Assembly: GCA_030704615.1 (NCBI GenBank)
Contig: CM060733.1
Span: 29,760,001-29,824,000 of the forward strand
Length of the DNA stretch: 64,000 nucleotides
Direction: 5' to 3'
DNA from: Takakia lepidozioides
Taxonomy: Eukaryota > Plantae > Bryophyta
The notes beneath the pieces are model-generated. The model was not told the DNA's origin. It did not search any database and saw only the letters and a list, made by a program, of their open reading frames with translations. Positions 61,885 to 64,000 of this stretch are shown piece after piece; positions within the stretch are counted from its first letter, which is position 1; each line of letters opens with the position of its first letter. Position numbers and translations under genes: made by a program.

Positions 61885-64000
61885 TGTCAAGGACGAGAAC
61901 ATGACTGAACACAAACAAGAGATTAGACTAGAGGTACAAGACAAGACAAGAAGTCAAGGTCGGCGTGGCCGAATGCATGGTAGGTGAACATGAATCAAGA
62001 TGATCTTTATAACAATGGACAAGAGTACAAAATATTGGAACTCGACTCGGATACTGAAATGCTGGAAACTGGACCGGAATACCAGATACTGGAAACTGGA
62101 CTGGAGTACTAGACTTGGAACAAGAGTAGCTTGAACTTCTGTTGGCGAGACTGAAGAGTGTCCAGTCTCGCCTCCTATATATACTGGCTACTAAGAAGCT
62201 TCCCCAAGAAGCTACCCCTTGGAGGTTTCTTGCTGGAGAAGTTTCCAAGATTAAACAAAAGTTTCTTGATGGAGAAGTTTCCTTAAGCAAATGAGGTATC
62301 TTGATGGAGAAGTTTCTTCCAAATGAAGCTTCCTGAGTAGTTTTCCAAGTTATTATTGGTAATTTGGTAAACTACCGGTAACTTAATAAGTGATGATAAA
62401 TCATGATAGATCATGGTAAATCACGGTAAGTCATGGTAACTTTCGATAACATGATAACTTAATAACTTCTGGTATTTACTCCTGGTAAGTTCATCTGGGC
62501 TATGTCCATGACATCACCCCCTCCTCTAGCGCCGAGTTCTTCGAGGAGCGATAAAATCTTGAACTTGCTTAGAGTTGGAGAAAATCCAAAATCCGACGAA
62601 TGGTACTTGCCAAGTATTCGGCTCTTCGTTCTCGACTCAAATGATTTATAGGTCCCTGTAACCATCGATAGTGTCCAATACCTTGAACTGGGGACCACGC
62701 AATAATTTGAGCATTCTGATTTTCGAAGCTGCCTTCAAACATAATTTCGTTGCCCTCTGGGTCCGAAGCCTCAATCTCCAACAAAATTATCAGACTTCAA
62801 GAAGGCTCCACTTGCCGTCATACGGGGTCCAGACGATGAAGTACGCGTCGCATTGGTGGCCCATCGTCTCGAGAGCGTCGGCGTGATGTTGAAGGTCGTG
62901 AGAGTCAGAACGGCTGATATGGTAGTTGGATAAGCGACAACTCCAATGTATCTGGTTCTTGTGACTCCATGCTGCCAATACAAGATGCAAAAGTGCTGGA
63001 AGTGTAGCTATATATACTGATGTGTGGTGTTCCTCCCTCCTTAGCGTGTATCAGGTACATTGAATGTGGAGTCTTCTCCTTGAAGTTAGCTTGGCTGACA
63101 TCATCGTTGTGACGTCTCATTGACATGTAGCTCGGGCTTAGCTGGATATCGTTGATGAAACTCTTGGACTTTGTCAGAGGCATTGACGAGGATGGATGAA
63201 GGTTCCCACGTTCGTTCGCTGATGTCGTAGCCTTTCCAAGAGTCTTACAGTTTCCTCGCCGGTAACCGTCTTATAACAGGGAATGAAATGTGTCATCTTC
63301 GTAAAACGATCTACAATAACAATGATTGAATCGGTGGTCTTAGAAATTGGAAGGTCCGTAATAAAGTCCATAGATACATGACCATGGACCCTTGGGAATG
63401 GGTAATGGTTGAAGAAGGCCGTAAGGTCGATGTCGTGGTCCCTTCGCTCTACACGTGTCGCAAGATTTTATAAATTCTTTCACGAGTTTCCACATCTGCG
63501 GCCACCAATAATCCCTGGATATCAACTCCAATGTTTTGTTGAAACCGAAATGTCCTGCAGCCGGAAGATCATGACATGTTTGAAGAATTCGAAGTCATGT
63601 AGGTCCTAGAGGTACATACAGAAGTCCTTTGAAGTAAAGTAAGTCATCTTTGAATTCGAAGTCGTTTGTAACATGTGGGTTGTCTTGAGGTTGATTTAGT
63701 TGACTTCGTAGTGTCGTAGCAAAATGGTCGCTCTTCAGTGCTTCCTGAATCTCTTTTATGATCTCTGCATCGTCATAGGTGGACATGGATAGCATATTCA
63801 ATTGGAGATTTGCTGGTTTCAGGATGATGGATTTTTGTTGGTCAAAAGCTCCATCCCCTTCTTTTGGCGCAAGATATAAGAGAGAGCATCTGGTTTCCTT
63901 GAAGATGTCCGGGACGGTAGGTAATAACAAAATCAAACCTTGCGAGTGACATACTCCATCTCGCTTGACGTCGATTCAAAACACAAGCATTCATAAAATA
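61885..64000 (-). mobile_element. Gypsy chromovirus copy 2 (same family as 6789-12493), running off the window end
   Basis: 3' LTR at 61885-62513, PPT at 62514-62527, extra ORF at 62569-62970, chromodomain remnant, integrase H2C2 (HDLPAAGHFG..YWWPQM..CDTC), MDFITDLP. Confidence 0.93.

Overview
TE-dense land-plant nuclear DNA, probably a bryophyte or other non-seed plant (inferred from the Tcn1/Tf1-type chromovirus, Sola1, half-tRNA-primed Copia and RLE-type LINE). Only one host gene looks intact: an 11-exon Agenet-TDBD-PHD-GNAT IDM1-like histone acetyltransferase (29373-40299, about 1577 aa). The rest is nested transposons: a Copia (1083-12746) carrying a MITE, an internal inversion and a nested Gypsy chromovirus; a 9.9-kb Sola1-type DNA transposon (13581-23476; 30-bp TIRs, CTAC TSD); an RNase H plus restriction-like-endonuclease LINE; further Copia, hAT and Gypsy remnants; an LRR pseudogene; a kinase pseudogene; and an old 3.5-4 kb tandem duplication. 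Best candidates for new biology: (1) the Sola element carries a degraded accessory gene with three FCP1/NIF-like HAD domains, Ser-Pro repeats and a possible N6/N4-methyltransferase-like fragment, and a 24-bp palindrome recurs every 1-2 kb along the element, which suggests a VANC-like sequence-specific self-regulation system; (2) four U6-type (USE plus TATA) Pol III promoter units precede short structured RNAs I cannot assign to a known class; (3) both chromovirus copies have a conserved extra ORF downstream of pol. All calls are by eye, with no database searches.
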